Positions 1 through 7,865 are shown, counted from the stretch's first letter. The stretch: 32,000 nt of DNA from Trichlorobacter lovleyi SZ (GCF_000020385.1 NC_010814.1:1530001-1562000), one strand, 5' to 3'. Notes: a model not told the origin generated them from the letters alone. Translations and numbers: made by a program.

Positions 1-1280
1 GAGGTGGAGCAACTGATAAGCGTGGCATTGTCGGTTGGTCGCAGGTCTGAACCTCCGCCAGCCACATGGTGGTCAATGGTGGTATGGCACTGCTGGCAGG
101 TCAGATTGGCGCCGGTGGAGGCCATATGGACATCGTAGTTGCGGTCGGTGGTGGTGCCGTTGATCAGGGCCAGATCCCCACGCTTGAGGGCATCGCCGCC
201 GCCGCCCTTGGCATGGCACTGCAGACAGTTTGATTTAACCGGCTTGTGCAGGGTCTGCACGGCCTGATCCATGGAGATGGTCATCTTGGCGGTGTCCGGC
301 TCAAACAGGCCGGTGGTGGCGTTACGTACCCGCTTGTAGGCAACCTGGTGGCAGATCAGGCAGTCGATGTTCTGGGTGGCATCGGCAATGGTGCCCGGCT
401 TGGCACCGGCACCGATATGGCATGAACCGCAGCCGTTCCAGTTGCCCAGGGTGTTGATGCAGTAGGCGTTGACGGCGGTGTTCAGCTTGCCGCCGGTTAC
501 CCCCGGTTTGTTGCTGATCTTGCTATACGGCCCTTCCCATTTGTAGTGGACTGAACCGGCCAGATCGGTGGCCTGTTTGGTGTGGCACTGCAGGCAGGTG
601 GTGCTGCCGGTGTAGGTCAGATTGGCGTGGTTAGCTGCTGCATCTCCTGCCGGGTTGATGACAAAGGTGCTGGTCTTGGCTGCTTCACTGTTTCCGGCAC
701 TGTCTATTGCAAAATAGGTAAGCGTCGTCGTGCTGCTGACCGGAATCAGGCCGGTGTAGGCCGCAGAGGCGGTGGTGGGGGTGCTGCCGTCGGTGGTGTA
801 GTGGATAGTGGCAGCCTCATTAGTGCTCAGCTGGACATTGATCGCTGCCGTAAAGCTGCCGCCGGCGGGGTTGGGCGTTGTTACCGGCGGGGTTAGGTCA
901 CCAGGAGGTGTCGTTGATCCGCCAATGGTAAGGTTGTCAAGGATCAGGGTGCCCTGGCTGATGGTCAGGCTGCTGCCCAATACGGTTGTGCCGGCCTGAG
1001 CGTTGAAGGCGTCATTGAAGCCGCCCTGTATCGTCAGGGTGACGCCGGGGCGGTTAAAGACAACCGGCGTGCTGTCCGGAAGAGGACTGGCGGTCAACAT
1101 GATGGTTGTCAGTGCGTCGGTCAGTGCAGTCGTGAAAAACTGGTTGTAGTAATAGGTTGCATTGTAAAAGGCGTTTGGCCCGGCAACTACCGCTGTGGAG
1201 ACAGTGGAAAAACAGGTCAGATACAGTGCAGTACCGGCCAGAAATGATAGTAGCCAACGATGCATGGTTGCTATACGCAT
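1..1280 (-). CDS. Multiheme c-type cytochrome with one CHB_HEX_C-like module; tandem paralog of 1498..3879. Only the N-terminal ~426 codons are present because the gene runs off the left window edge.
   Basis: My own minus-strand translation from ATG 1280; it is absent from the ORF track because it has no stop in the window. It reads MRIATMHRWLLSFLAGTALYL..., then NEAATIHYTTDGSTPTTASAAY, then CLQCH, CGSCH, CLICH, CLQCH, CQQCH, colinear with the 793-aa neighbour. AAGGAG lies about 9 nt upstream of the ATG. Confidence 0.85.
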   Translation of the reverse strand, partial: MRIATMHRWLLSFLAGTALYLTCFSTVSTAVVAGPNAFYNATYYYNQFFTTALTDALTTIMLTASPLPDSTPVVFNRPGVTLTIQGGFNDAFNAQAGTTVLGSSLTISQGTLILDNLTIGGSTTPPGDLTPPVTTPNPAGGSFTAAINVQLSTNEAATIHYTTDGSTPTTASAAYTGLIPVSSTTTLTYFAIDSAGNSEAAKTSTFVINPAGDAAANHANLTYTGSTTCLQCHTKQATDLAGSVHYKWEGPYSKISNKPGVTGGKLNTAVNAYCINTLGNWNGCGSCHIGAGAKPGTIADATQNIDCLICHQVAYKRVRNATTGLFEPDTAKMTISMDQAVQTLHKPVKSNCLQCHAKGGGGDALKRGDLALINGTTTDRNYDVHMASTGANLTCQQCHTTIDHHVAGGGSDLRPTDNATLISCST

Positions 1281-1440
1281 TGCCTCTGCTCCTTGTGGTG
1301 TGGGCGAGTCCGGTGTGAGATGCTGAAACTTTTGTTTGGTGAAACTTGTCGATATTATTTTAAAATACCATAAACTATACTTGTCTGGTCAAATAAAAAT
1401 ATTTTAATAGTGTAGTTGTTTAATATAAAATATGGTCTTG

Positions 1441-1473
1441 CAAAAGCCCCCCTCGCTGTTTCCGAGGGGGGCT
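1441..1473 (-). terminator. Rho-independent terminator downstream of the 793-aa cytochrome gene
   Basis: An 11-bp GC-rich stem (agcccccctcg 1445-1455 / cgaggggggct 1463-1473) with a 7-nt loop. On the minus strand it is followed by UUUUG (1441-1445). It sits 25 nt after the stop at 1498. Confidence 0.7.
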
Positions 1474-1497
1474 TGTTTGTCTTGCCCGTGTTGCTTG

Positions 1498-3879
1498 CTA
1501 CTTGGTGGTTTTCAGGCCACGCTCGGTTGCACGGCTGAAGCTGTGGCAGAAGGAACAGTCATAGCCCTTGCTGGTGACGTGCTTGCTGTGCAGCGAGGTG
1601 AAGCTCGGCATGCTCTTGTTGCCGTGGCACTGGATGCAGACTACGGACTGGGCAGCCTTCATGGTGTAGCCCATCGACTTCAGGTTCATGTGGGTTGCCG
1701 GTACGCTGGCGGTGCCGTGGCAGGCAGCACACTGCAGGGCGTTGGCCTTGGGTGCCACGGTGTGGTTCAGCATCTGGTACTCGTCGGCCTTGACCATGCT
1801 GTAGGCATCGCCCGGGTTCAGACCCATGTTGGTCAGGCCGGACTGGATGGCACCGGCCACATCGGCGGTCTTGAAGTAGACCGAGGTGTTCAGGGCGATC
1901 AGCTTGCCGCTGGCAGTGTGCATCGGCTGGGTCGAGGTCTTGTACTTGAACGGATACAGCTTGGTGTTGGCGGTGTTGATGCCGCCGTTGGGACGGCTGA
2001 TCTTGTAGTTGCCGGTGGCCGGATCGATCACGGCCACATCATGCAGGTCATAGACCCAGGAGCTGCCGTCATAGAAGGCGTAGACCGGCTTCAGGTTGTT
2101 GGCACGGACAACGGTCGGCTCCCAGCGGTTGTTGGCCACTGACCATTCGGGGGTTACCCAGGTGCGGTCGGTTTCAGTGGACTGGTCACCAAAGCCGGTC
2201 ACGGTGTCCAGTACGGCATCAGCCGCCTTTCTGCCGTAGGAGGGGATATGGCAGGTCTGGCAGGCCACACGCTTCAGGTGGGTGTTGATGGCGGTGGTGG
2301 CATGACCGGCATTCAGGGCAGCCTTGTTGCTGTGGCAGCTGCTGGTTGCACAGCCGACGGTTACGGTGCTGTCGGTGGGGCGCAGGTCTGAGCCGCGACC
2401 GGCCACATGGTGGTTGGTGTAGGTGTGGCACTGCTGACAGGTCAGGTTGGCGCCGGTGGAGGCCATATGGACATCGTAGTTGCGGTCGGTGGTGGTGCCG
2501 TTGATTACTGCCAGGTCGCCACGCTTGAGGGCATCACCGCCGCCGCCCTTGGCATGGCACTGCAGACAGTTTGATTTAACCGGCTTGTGCAGGGTCTGCA
2601 CGGCCTGATCCATGGAGATGGTCATCTTGGCGGTGTCCGGCTCAAACAGGCCGGTGGTGGCGTTACGTACCCGCTTGTAGGCAACCTGGTGGCAGATCAG
2701 ACAGTCGATGTTCTGGGTGGCATCGGCAATGGTGCCCGGCTTGGCACCGGCACCGATATGGCATGAACCGCAGCCGTTCCAGTTGCCCAGGGTGTTGATG
2801 CAGTAGGCGTTGACGGCGGTGTTCAGTTTGCCGCCGGTTACCCCTGGTTTGTTGCTGATGGCGGCGTAGGGGGTCTCCCACTTGTAGTGGACCGAACCGG
2901 CCAGATCGGTGGCCTGTTTGGTGTGGCACTGCAGGCACATGGTGGTGCCGGTGTAGGTCAGACCGGCGTGGGGACCGCTGCCGCCGGTGGAACCGATGGT
3001 GTAGGTGGCAGTCTTTACCGCTTCACTGTTACCGGCTGTGTCGCGGGCGAAGTACTTCAGGGTGGTGGTGGCGCTGATGGTCAGCGGCGTACTGTAGACG
3101 GCAGAGGCGGTGGTGGGGGTGCTGCCGTTGGTGGTGTAGTAGATGGTGGCAGCCTCATTGGCTGTCAGTCTGACCGACTGCGCCGTGGTGTAGCTGCCCC
3201 CTGCCGGGGAAACAGAGGTGACCGGCGCCGTTGTATCAGCTGGTGGTGTTGTGCTGATGGTGTAGGTGGCAGTCTTTACCGCTTCACTGTTACCGGCTGT
3301 GTCGCGGGCGAAATACTTCAGGGTGGTGGTGGCGCTGATGGTCAGTGGTGCGCTGTAGACGGCAGAGGCGGTGGAGGGGGTGCTGCCGTTGGTGGTGTAG
3401 TAGATGGTGGCAGCCTCGTTGGCTGTCAGCCTGACCGACTGCGCCGTGGTGTAGTTGCCCCCTGCCGGGGAGACAGAGGTGACCGGCGCAATGGTGTCGG
3501 CGCTACTGGTTGCTACCTGGGGGTAGCTGTAGGCCGTTCTCTTGTTGCCATTATATTCAAACTCACCGCGAACTTCATACTTGCCGGTCCTGGCTGAACT
3601 GGAGAGTTTGTAGGCATAGGTATATTTTCCGCTGCCGGCGTTGCTCATGCTGGTCTTCACCAGTTCTCTGCCGGACGAGTCCTTGATTCTGACTTCACGT
3701 TTGCTGGGGGAGGTAATGCCGGTGCTGTCTTTTTTGAAGATGGCAGTGATGTTCATGGTCTGACCAGGGGTATAGCTGGTCTTGTCGGTGCTGATGCTCA
3801 GGGTGTAGCTGGCTGCTGAGGCCATTGATGTGACGGCAAGGGTCACGACAAAACAGACCAGGCCGGACAGATTCTTCAT
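1498..3879 (-). CDS. Secreted multiheme c-type cytochrome (9 CXXCH plus one CX4CH) with an N-terminal Ig-like region and two tandem CHB_HEX_C-like modules
   Basis: 793-aa ORF with signal peptide MKNLSGLVCFVVTLAVTSMASA. Heme motifs: CLQCH, CGSCH, CLICH, CLQCH, CQQCH, CATSSCH, CQTCH, CAACH, CIQCH, CSFCH. Two copies of ...NEAATIYYTTNGSTP.TASAVYS.PLTISATTTLKYFARDTAGNSE..., typical of the chitobiase/hexosaminidase C-terminal-like domain. Confidence 0.95.
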   Translation of the reverse strand: MKNLSGLVCFVVTLAVTSMASAASYTLSISTDKTSYTPGQTMNITAIFKKDSTGITSPSKREVRIKDSSGRELVKTSMSNAGSGKYTYAYKLSSSARTGKYEVRGEFEYNGNKRTAYSYPQVATSSADTIAPVTSVSPAGGNYTTAQSVRLTANEAATIYYTTNGSTPSTASAVYSAPLTISATTTLKYFARDTAGNSEAVKTATYTISTTPPADTTAPVTSVSPAGGSYTTAQSVRLTANEAATIYYTTNGSTPTTASAVYSTPLTISATTTLKYFARDTAGNSEAVKTATYTIGSTGGSGPHAGLTYTGTTMCLQCHTKQATDLAGSVHYKWETPYAAISNKPGVTGGKLNTAVNAYCINTLGNWNGCGSCHIGAGAKPGTIADATQNIDCLICHQVAYKRVRNATTGLFEPDTAKMTISMDQAVQTLHKPVKSNCLQCHAKGGGGDALKRGDLAVINGTTTDRNYDVHMASTGANLTCQQCHTYTNHHVAGRGSDLRPTDSTVTVGCATSSCHSNKAALNAGHATTAINTHLKRVACQTCHIPSYGRKAADAVLDTVTGFGDQSTETDRTWVTPEWSVANNRWEPTVVRANNLKPVYAFYDGSSWVYDLHDVAVIDPATGNYKISRPNGGINTANTKLYPFKYKTSTQPMHTASGKLIALNTSVYFKTADVAGAIQSGLTNMGLNPGDAYSMVKADEYQMLNHTVAPKANALQCAACHGTASVPATHMNLKSMGYTMKAAQSVVCIQCHGNKSMPSFTSLHSKHVTSKGYDCSFCHSFSRATERGLKTTK
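2402..2869. repeat. Near-identical segment shared with 61..528 (offset 2341) inside the two cytochrome paralogs
   Basis: Aligned by eye. About 4 mismatches over 181..528 versus 2522..2869. The flanking parts of the two genes are much more diverged or unrelated. Confidence 0.85.
2995..3516. repeat. Intragenic tandem duplication, 2 x 261 bp, encoding the two CHB_HEX_C-like modules
   Basis: gatggtgtaggtggcagtctttacc starts at both 2995 and 3256. The two units differ at only a few positions. The antisense ORF 2887..3597 in the track shows the same duplication. Confidence 0.85.
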
Positions 3880-4068
3880 ACATGTGCTCCTTTGCGGTGC
3901 TTCCGCGTAGATCGAATACCTTGTTGTTCAGGTTCGCTTTCGGCGGTATTTGACTGCACAGTGCAGGAGGATCGTTGTCAAAACCAGGCCAGATTGTGGT
4001 GCTTCATATGTGCTGAAGCAAGACTCCTCTTTTCCTCCTTTCTTTTGGTAGTGGCAGTGAACAGGCAC

Positions 4069-4117
4069 AAAAAAACCAGATCACCCGTATCAATTGCTTG
4101 ACATTTCGGCGACCTGG
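4069..4117 (-). terminator. Leader (attenuator) terminator within the 5' UTR of the 793-aa cytochrome gene
   Basis: On the minus-strand RNA, CCAGGUCGCC (4117-4108) pairs with GGUGAUCUGG (4085-4076): 10 bp including 2 G-U pairs, with a 22-nt loop. It is followed directly by U7 (4075-4069). The 5' arm overlaps the 3' end of the putative aptamer. Confidence 0.6.
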
Positions 4118-4185
4118 CTGTCTCGGTGAGACCCTGTAGGCTTTCCGTCCTATCCTCACGGATAGTTTAGTAGTATCGATATCAT
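4105..4185 (-). ncRNA. Candidate GEMM-I (c-di-GMP-I / cGAMP class) riboswitch aptamer
   Basis: The minus-strand RNA reads CUAAA-[CUAUCC GUGA GGAUAG]-GACGGAAAGCC-UACAGG-[GUCUC ACC GAGAC]-AGCC-AGGUCGCC. The Vc2 aptamer as I recall it reads GCAAA-[CCAUUC GAAA GAGUGG]-GACGCAAAGCC-UCCGG...AGGUAGC. Shared features are a 6-bp hairpin with a GNRA loop, the GACGNAAAGCC core and AGGUNGC. Boundaries are approximate. Confidence 0.55.
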
Positions 4186-4224
4186 CTATTCAGTTGTGGT
4201 CTGTTTACTGACAATCTTATCTTT

Positions 4225-4254
4225 ACACTAAGATACGCGTATCAAACTTGTCAA
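4225..4254 (-). promoter_or_regulatory. Possible sigma-70 promoter for the riboswitch-cytochrome transcript
   Basis: The minus strand reads TTGACA (4254-4249), 18 nt, TAGTGT (4230-4225). The spacer contains the perfect 12-bp palindrome GATACGCGTATC. The -10 element is weak. Confidence 0.3.
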
Positions 4255-4287
4255 GAAAAAGTTGCATGTGCAACGTTGCATGCCGTG

Positions 4288-6675
4288 TTACTGGATGGTA
4301 ATGCTCTTGGAGGTGGCTTTCAGGGGGAGGAATTGCCCTGTGGCTGACAGGATACGTGTCTGGCCGATGGTGAGATTGGCGGTGCCTTTGCCTTTGGACC
4401 TGAAGATAAAACCGGCCAGCGTACCGCTGCCGGTGGCCCCGGTTGCGGTATCGGCTTGTTGCAGGGTGACGGTGACATTGCCTTTGACCGGGTCGTCCGT
4501 GGTGGTAAAGGCGTCCGGGCCGTTATCCTTGCCGAGTAGCGTCCCTTGTGCGGTTGAGAGCAGTTCCAGTAGTGCCGGTGTGTAGTTCAGTGAGAAACTG
4601 CCGCCCTTCATATCGGATACCCCTTCTGCGCTGACCAGCACCTTGAATGACTGACCGGGTACAGTTGAACTGGGAGCATTGATGGTGAGGGTATTCGGGA
4701 TGGCAGCAGGAGCAACGGGAGCACTGCTGACGGGCGGGGGTACTGAAGGGGCTGCCGGGGAAACAACCGGAACTGCCGGTCTGGCGGCAGCCGGAACCGC
4801 AGGTGGGGCTGACGGTTGAATTGCGGGCAGCGGCTGCACTGCAGGGCGGTCCTCCTTACTGCTTGAGAAGGATGTCAGGTTGCCTCGGGGGACGGTCACG
4901 CCCCTGACGAGCCTGGGTGTAATGGCCAGGATCAGCTCGGTCTTGTCGTTGTCGGTCTTGCTGTTTGACAAGAGCGGTCCGATCAGCGGGATGTCACCCA
5001 GCAGGAAGATCTTCTGTTTGCTGTCGCTGTTGCTGTGGGAGATCAGACCGCCGATGACACTGGTCTCACCGTCTTTGAGGCTTAGGACCGTATCCAGGTT
5101 GCGGGTGCCAATGGTGACCACCGTGGTGGCACTGTCCTTGCCCCCCACGGTCTCGCGGGAGATGATCGAGCTGACCTCAAGTCCCAGCTTGATGGAAACC
5201 TCGTTGTTGAGCTGGATGGTGGGCTCGGCATTGACCTTGACCCCCACATCCACGTACTGCACGTTGACCTGCGAGGTGGTGCCGGTGGTGGCCATGGTGG
5301 TGGTGGTGATCGGTACCCTGGTGCCGACATTGAACTTGGCCTTTTCCTTGTTCTTGACCCTGATCTTGGGATTGGAGAGTACCTCGCCGTTGGCCAGGGT
5401 CTTGCCGAAGTTGTACTGGGCATTGGGCACGGTGACATAACCGCCGAAGCTGTTGATGCTGAAGGCCTTGACCAGGTTCTTGATGGTGGCATCGGTGGTG
5501 ACCGTGGTGGATGTCGTGGAGGTGGTGTCCTTGAGCGTGGTTGCCAGCAGTTCGTTGCTGGGGGAGAACGCCCCCAGCTGCACATCGTAGTTGCTCAGCA
5601 GCAGACCGACGTTGTGGGCGTTCTTGTCACTGATCTCGATCACCTCGACATCCAGCACCACCTCTGCCTCCGGCAGGTCATGGGCCTCCAGGATCTTTTC
5701 GATCACATCGGTGACATCACTGGTATCCCGTACCACCAGGGCATTGGCATCCTCGTTGATATACAGCCGCCTGACCTGCAGCATGGTCCTGATCAGGTTG
5801 GCCGCCTTCTTGGCATCCAGGTGGTTCAGGTGGAAGGTGCGCAGCTGCATGTCCTGGTACTGCTTGGTCTTCTCCGCACTCTGCGGGTAGATCAATACCG
5901 TGCTCTCGTTGATAACGGCATAGTCAATCCTGTGCAGGGCGGCCAGCAGATCGAGTGCCTGGCGGAAACCGCTGTTTTCCAGGGTGAGGGTTGCGGGTTG
6001 ATCCTTGAAGTCAGGATCAAAGACAAAGTTGATGCCGGAATGCCGGGTGATGGTGCTGAATAACTCTTTCAGTCTGGTGCCGTTGGCCTTCAGCGTCAAC
6101 GGCTTCACCGATGTAAGCTGCAGATCCCGACCGGCCAGACTGGTCGCGGGGCTGCCTGCTACCCGTTGCAACGCTTCCTGATACAGTTTGGCATCGGGCC
6201 GGAGCTCAAAAGCCTGTTGAAAGGCACTGCGGGCATACTGCGGCTTGTTGGCCTTTTCAAAATCAAGCCCTTCGCGATAGATTTTGTCTGCCTGGTTGAG
6301 GCGTGCGGCCTGGTCAGCCAGCTGTCTGAACCGTTCCTGGGTCGGGTCAAGACTCGCTGCCGTCTGAAACTGTTCCTCAGCAGCGGCATACAGCGCTTTG
6401 GACATCAGCTCGGTACCGGCCTTGAAGCGTTGTTTGGCTGCTGCCTCACGGGCCCTGAAAAAGCTGAGGCGGTAGCTGCTCTCCGCAGCATTTTTGCTGA
6501 AGGCCTCGGCGTAGCGATACATGGCAGCCTCAAAGTTGCCTTCCTGCTCCAGCTCTTCTCCTTTGCTAAACGCCTTTTGGGCTGCGGAACAGCCCGGCAG
6601 GCAGAGTGCAGCCGCAAGCAGTATCCCGCTCAGGAGCCGGAGCGCGTGCTGTATTGTAGGCATCATTCTGGGCAT
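4288..6675 (-). CDS. Outer-membrane secretin lipoprotein with N-terminal TPR region, secretin core, Pro/Ala linker and C-terminal cohesin-like domain (PulQ-like architecture)
   Basis: Lipobox LPGC after MPRMMPTIQHALRLLSGILLAAALC. TPR-like helical repeats. A Secretin_N-like segment (LRTFHLNHLDAKKAANLIRTML). Secretin core (...VLSNPKIRVKNKEKAKFNVG...LLGDIPLIGPLLSN...LILAITPRLV). Tail GGSFSLNYTPALLELL is cohesin-like. The track ORF starts at a TTG (6705); I prefer ATG 6675, though 6666 or 6663 are possible. Confidence 0.9.
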   Translation of the reverse strand: MPRMMPTIQHALRLLSGILLAAALCLPGCSAAQKAFSKGEELEQEGNFEAAMYRYAEAFSKNAAESSYRLSFFRAREAAAKQRFKAGTELMSKALYAAAEEQFQTAASLDPTQERFRQLADQAARLNQADKIYREGLDFEKANKPQYARSAFQQAFELRPDAKLYQEALQRVAGSPATSLAGRDLQLTSVKPLTLKANGTRLKELFSTITRHSGINFVFDPDFKDQPATLTLENSGFRQALDLLAALHRIDYAVINESTVLIYPQSAEKTKQYQDMQLRTFHLNHLDAKKAANLIRTMLQVRRLYINEDANALVVRDTSDVTDVIEKILEAHDLPEAEVVLDVEVIEISDKNAHNVGLLLSNYDVQLGAFSPSNELLATTLKDTTSTTSTTVTTDATIKNLVKAFSINSFGGYVTVPNAQYNFGKTLANGEVLSNPKIRVKNKEKAKFNVGTRVPITTTTMATTGTTSQVNVQYVDVGVKVNAEPTIQLNNEVSIKLGLEVSSIISRETVGGKDSATTVVTIGTRNLDTVLSLKDGETSVIGGLISHSNSDSKQKIFLLGDIPLIGPLLSNSKTDNDKTELILAITPRLVRGVTVPRGNLTSFSSSKEDRPAVQPLPAIQPSAPPAVPAAARPAVPVVSPAAPSVPPPVSSAPVAPAAIPNTLTINAPSSTVPGQSFKVLVSAEGVSDMKGGSFSLNYTPALLELLSTAQGTLLGKDNGPDAFTTTDDPVKGNVTVTLQQADTATGATGSGTLAGFIFRSKGKGTANLTIGQTRILSATGQFLPLKATSKSITIQ

Positions 6676-6721
6676 GGGGCTATCTATAGCGTTTCCGGTT
6701 GCCAAGTAACAAGCGAAAGAT

Positions 6722-6868
6722 GAACAGGGCTTTTAAGAACGTTATGAGGAAGGCCGGATATAAGGCGCGCGGAGCACAGTGGCCGAGACATAACAAACAG
6801 TTAGGCGAGGGAGCGAGCACCGCGCAACGCAGTAGACGGCCTCCGGAATAGTTTTTCAAAGCCCTGTT
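6722..6868. repeat. 147-nt intergenic element bounded by a perfect 11-bp inverted repeat
   Basis: aacagggcttt (6722-6732) is the exact reverse complement of aaagccctgtt (6858-6868). An inner aggccg / cggcct pairing is also present. The element lies between the ABC-operon end and the secretin start. Confidence 0.4.
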
Positions 6869-7865
6869 AACCGCCCAGCCTGAAATTGGCGGTCAGCATC
6901 CGGTAGGAAACAAGGGCGGTGAACAGCAGGTAGCAGGCCAGCGACAGCAGGACCAGCCGTTGTTGCAGGCGGGACAGGTAGGGGGCCAGGCTGGGGCGTC
7001 TCCTGAACGGCATCAGCAGGCCGATGCTGCTGCCGCTGATCATGCCCCCCAAAAGCGTGGCGTAGAGCAGGTAACCGATATAGCCGTACTCTTGCTGCAG
7101 GATACAGAAGGGACAGTGGTGGGTGGGCAGTTCATAGTAATAGAGCCCGATAAATGAGATCAGGGCTGCCACGGAGACCACAAAGGCAAACGCGGAAAGC
7201 GCAGCATAGAGGTAGCCGCCGGTCCCTTTCAGATAGAGCCGGATGCCGCAGCAGGCGAGTACAGCCATGGTGCTGAAAAAGAGCGGCCGCATGATCCGGT
7301 ACGGCAGACCGGCCAGCTCTCCGGCGATGCTCGGCTTGTCGCTGCCGAACAGGCTGCCGCAGCAGGAGGTGATCATGTCCCCTTTAAGGTGCATGAAATA
7401 GTTGAACTGCAGCACGGTCTCAGCCAGTACCAGCAGCACCAGGCCCAGCAACAGAACGTATTTGGGCTTGATCAGCGGGTAGTCATAACCTCTGGTATCG
7501 GCGTGGTTGACAATCAGCCAGCAGCCTGCCAGCAGGCAGTTGATCAGTTTCAGGATCAGGGTCGGATAGCCGTAGCTGTTGACCTGCAGGGTGCCGGCCG
7601 CGCACATGGCGCCGGTAAACAGGATGTGCAGACCATCGGCGGTGTAGAGGTAGAGGAACAGGGAGATGGTCTGAAACAGCAGGGCGTAGCTCATGATCGT
7701 GGCGATCAGGTAAGTTCGCCGTTCAAGATTCAGCTGCAGTTCACTGCCGCTGGCAAGATCCCAGTTCTTCAGGATCCGGATGCCAAACCAGCCGGCATAG
7801 AGCAGCAGGCCGCTGACAATCAGCGAGGCGGTCATCAGCGCCAGTATGGCCGGGTGCTGGATCAC
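6867..7865 (-). CDS. Uncharacterised polytopic membrane protein (~9 predicted TM segments) with conserved-looking Cys motifs; last gene of the TonB/NosL/ABC operon
   Basis: 332-aa hydrophobic ORF. Its start overlaps the upstream stop by 4 nt (ATGA-type coupling at 7862-7865). Motifs: MCAAGT, SCCGS, CCG and HHCPFCILQQEY. Confidence 0.8.
   Translation of the reverse strand: MIQHPAILALMTASLIVSGLLLYAGWFGIRILKNWDLASGSELQLNLERRTYLIATIMSYALLFQTISLFLYLYTADGLHILFTGAMCAAGTLQVNSYGYPTLILKLINCLLAGCWLIVNHADTRGYDYPLIKPKYVLLLGLVLLVLAETVLQFNYFMHLKGDMITSCCGSLFGSDKPSIAGELAGLPYRIMRPLFFSTMAVLACCGIRLYLKGTGGYLYAALSAFAFVVSVAALISFIGLYYYELPTHHCPFCILQQEYGYIGYLLYATLLGGMISGSSIGLLMPFRRRPSLAPYLSRLQQRLVLLSLACYLLFTALVSYRMLTANFRLGG

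Noticed and set aside
1432-3597. 236-aa plus-strand ORFs (1432..2142 and 2887..3597), and smaller ORFs overlapping the 793-aa cytochrome gene
   Set aside because: They are antisense or out of frame relative to a CDS with 10 heme-binding motifs. They are Gly/Val/Ala/Arg-rich shadow ORFs, and the second merely mirrors the 261-bp duplication.
4255-4280. Overlapping GTTGCA/TGCAAC palindromes plus T5 just after the secretin stop, as a terminator
   Set aside because: The best RNA hairpin has only a 5-bp stem with a 4-nt loop, which is too weak to call confidently. The repeated TGCAAC half-sites might instead be a protein-binding site, but I have no supporting evidence.
6686-6705. TTGGCAACCGGAAACGCTAT on the minus strand upstream of the secretin start, as a sigma-54 promoter
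   Set aside because: The GG-to-GC spacing is one nucleotide longer than the strict -24/-12 geometry. The element would sit only about 10 nt from the ATG. No upstream TGTCTCA/TGAGACA motif was seen.
4262-6723. Multiple 100-190-aa ORFs overlapping the secretin gene on both strands (e.g. 4880..5440, 5082..5585, 5614..6063, 6166..6723)
   Set aside because: The secretin frame has clear family motifs across its full length. The overlapping frames give low-complexity Pro/Ser/Arg or Leu/Val-rich products with no signals.
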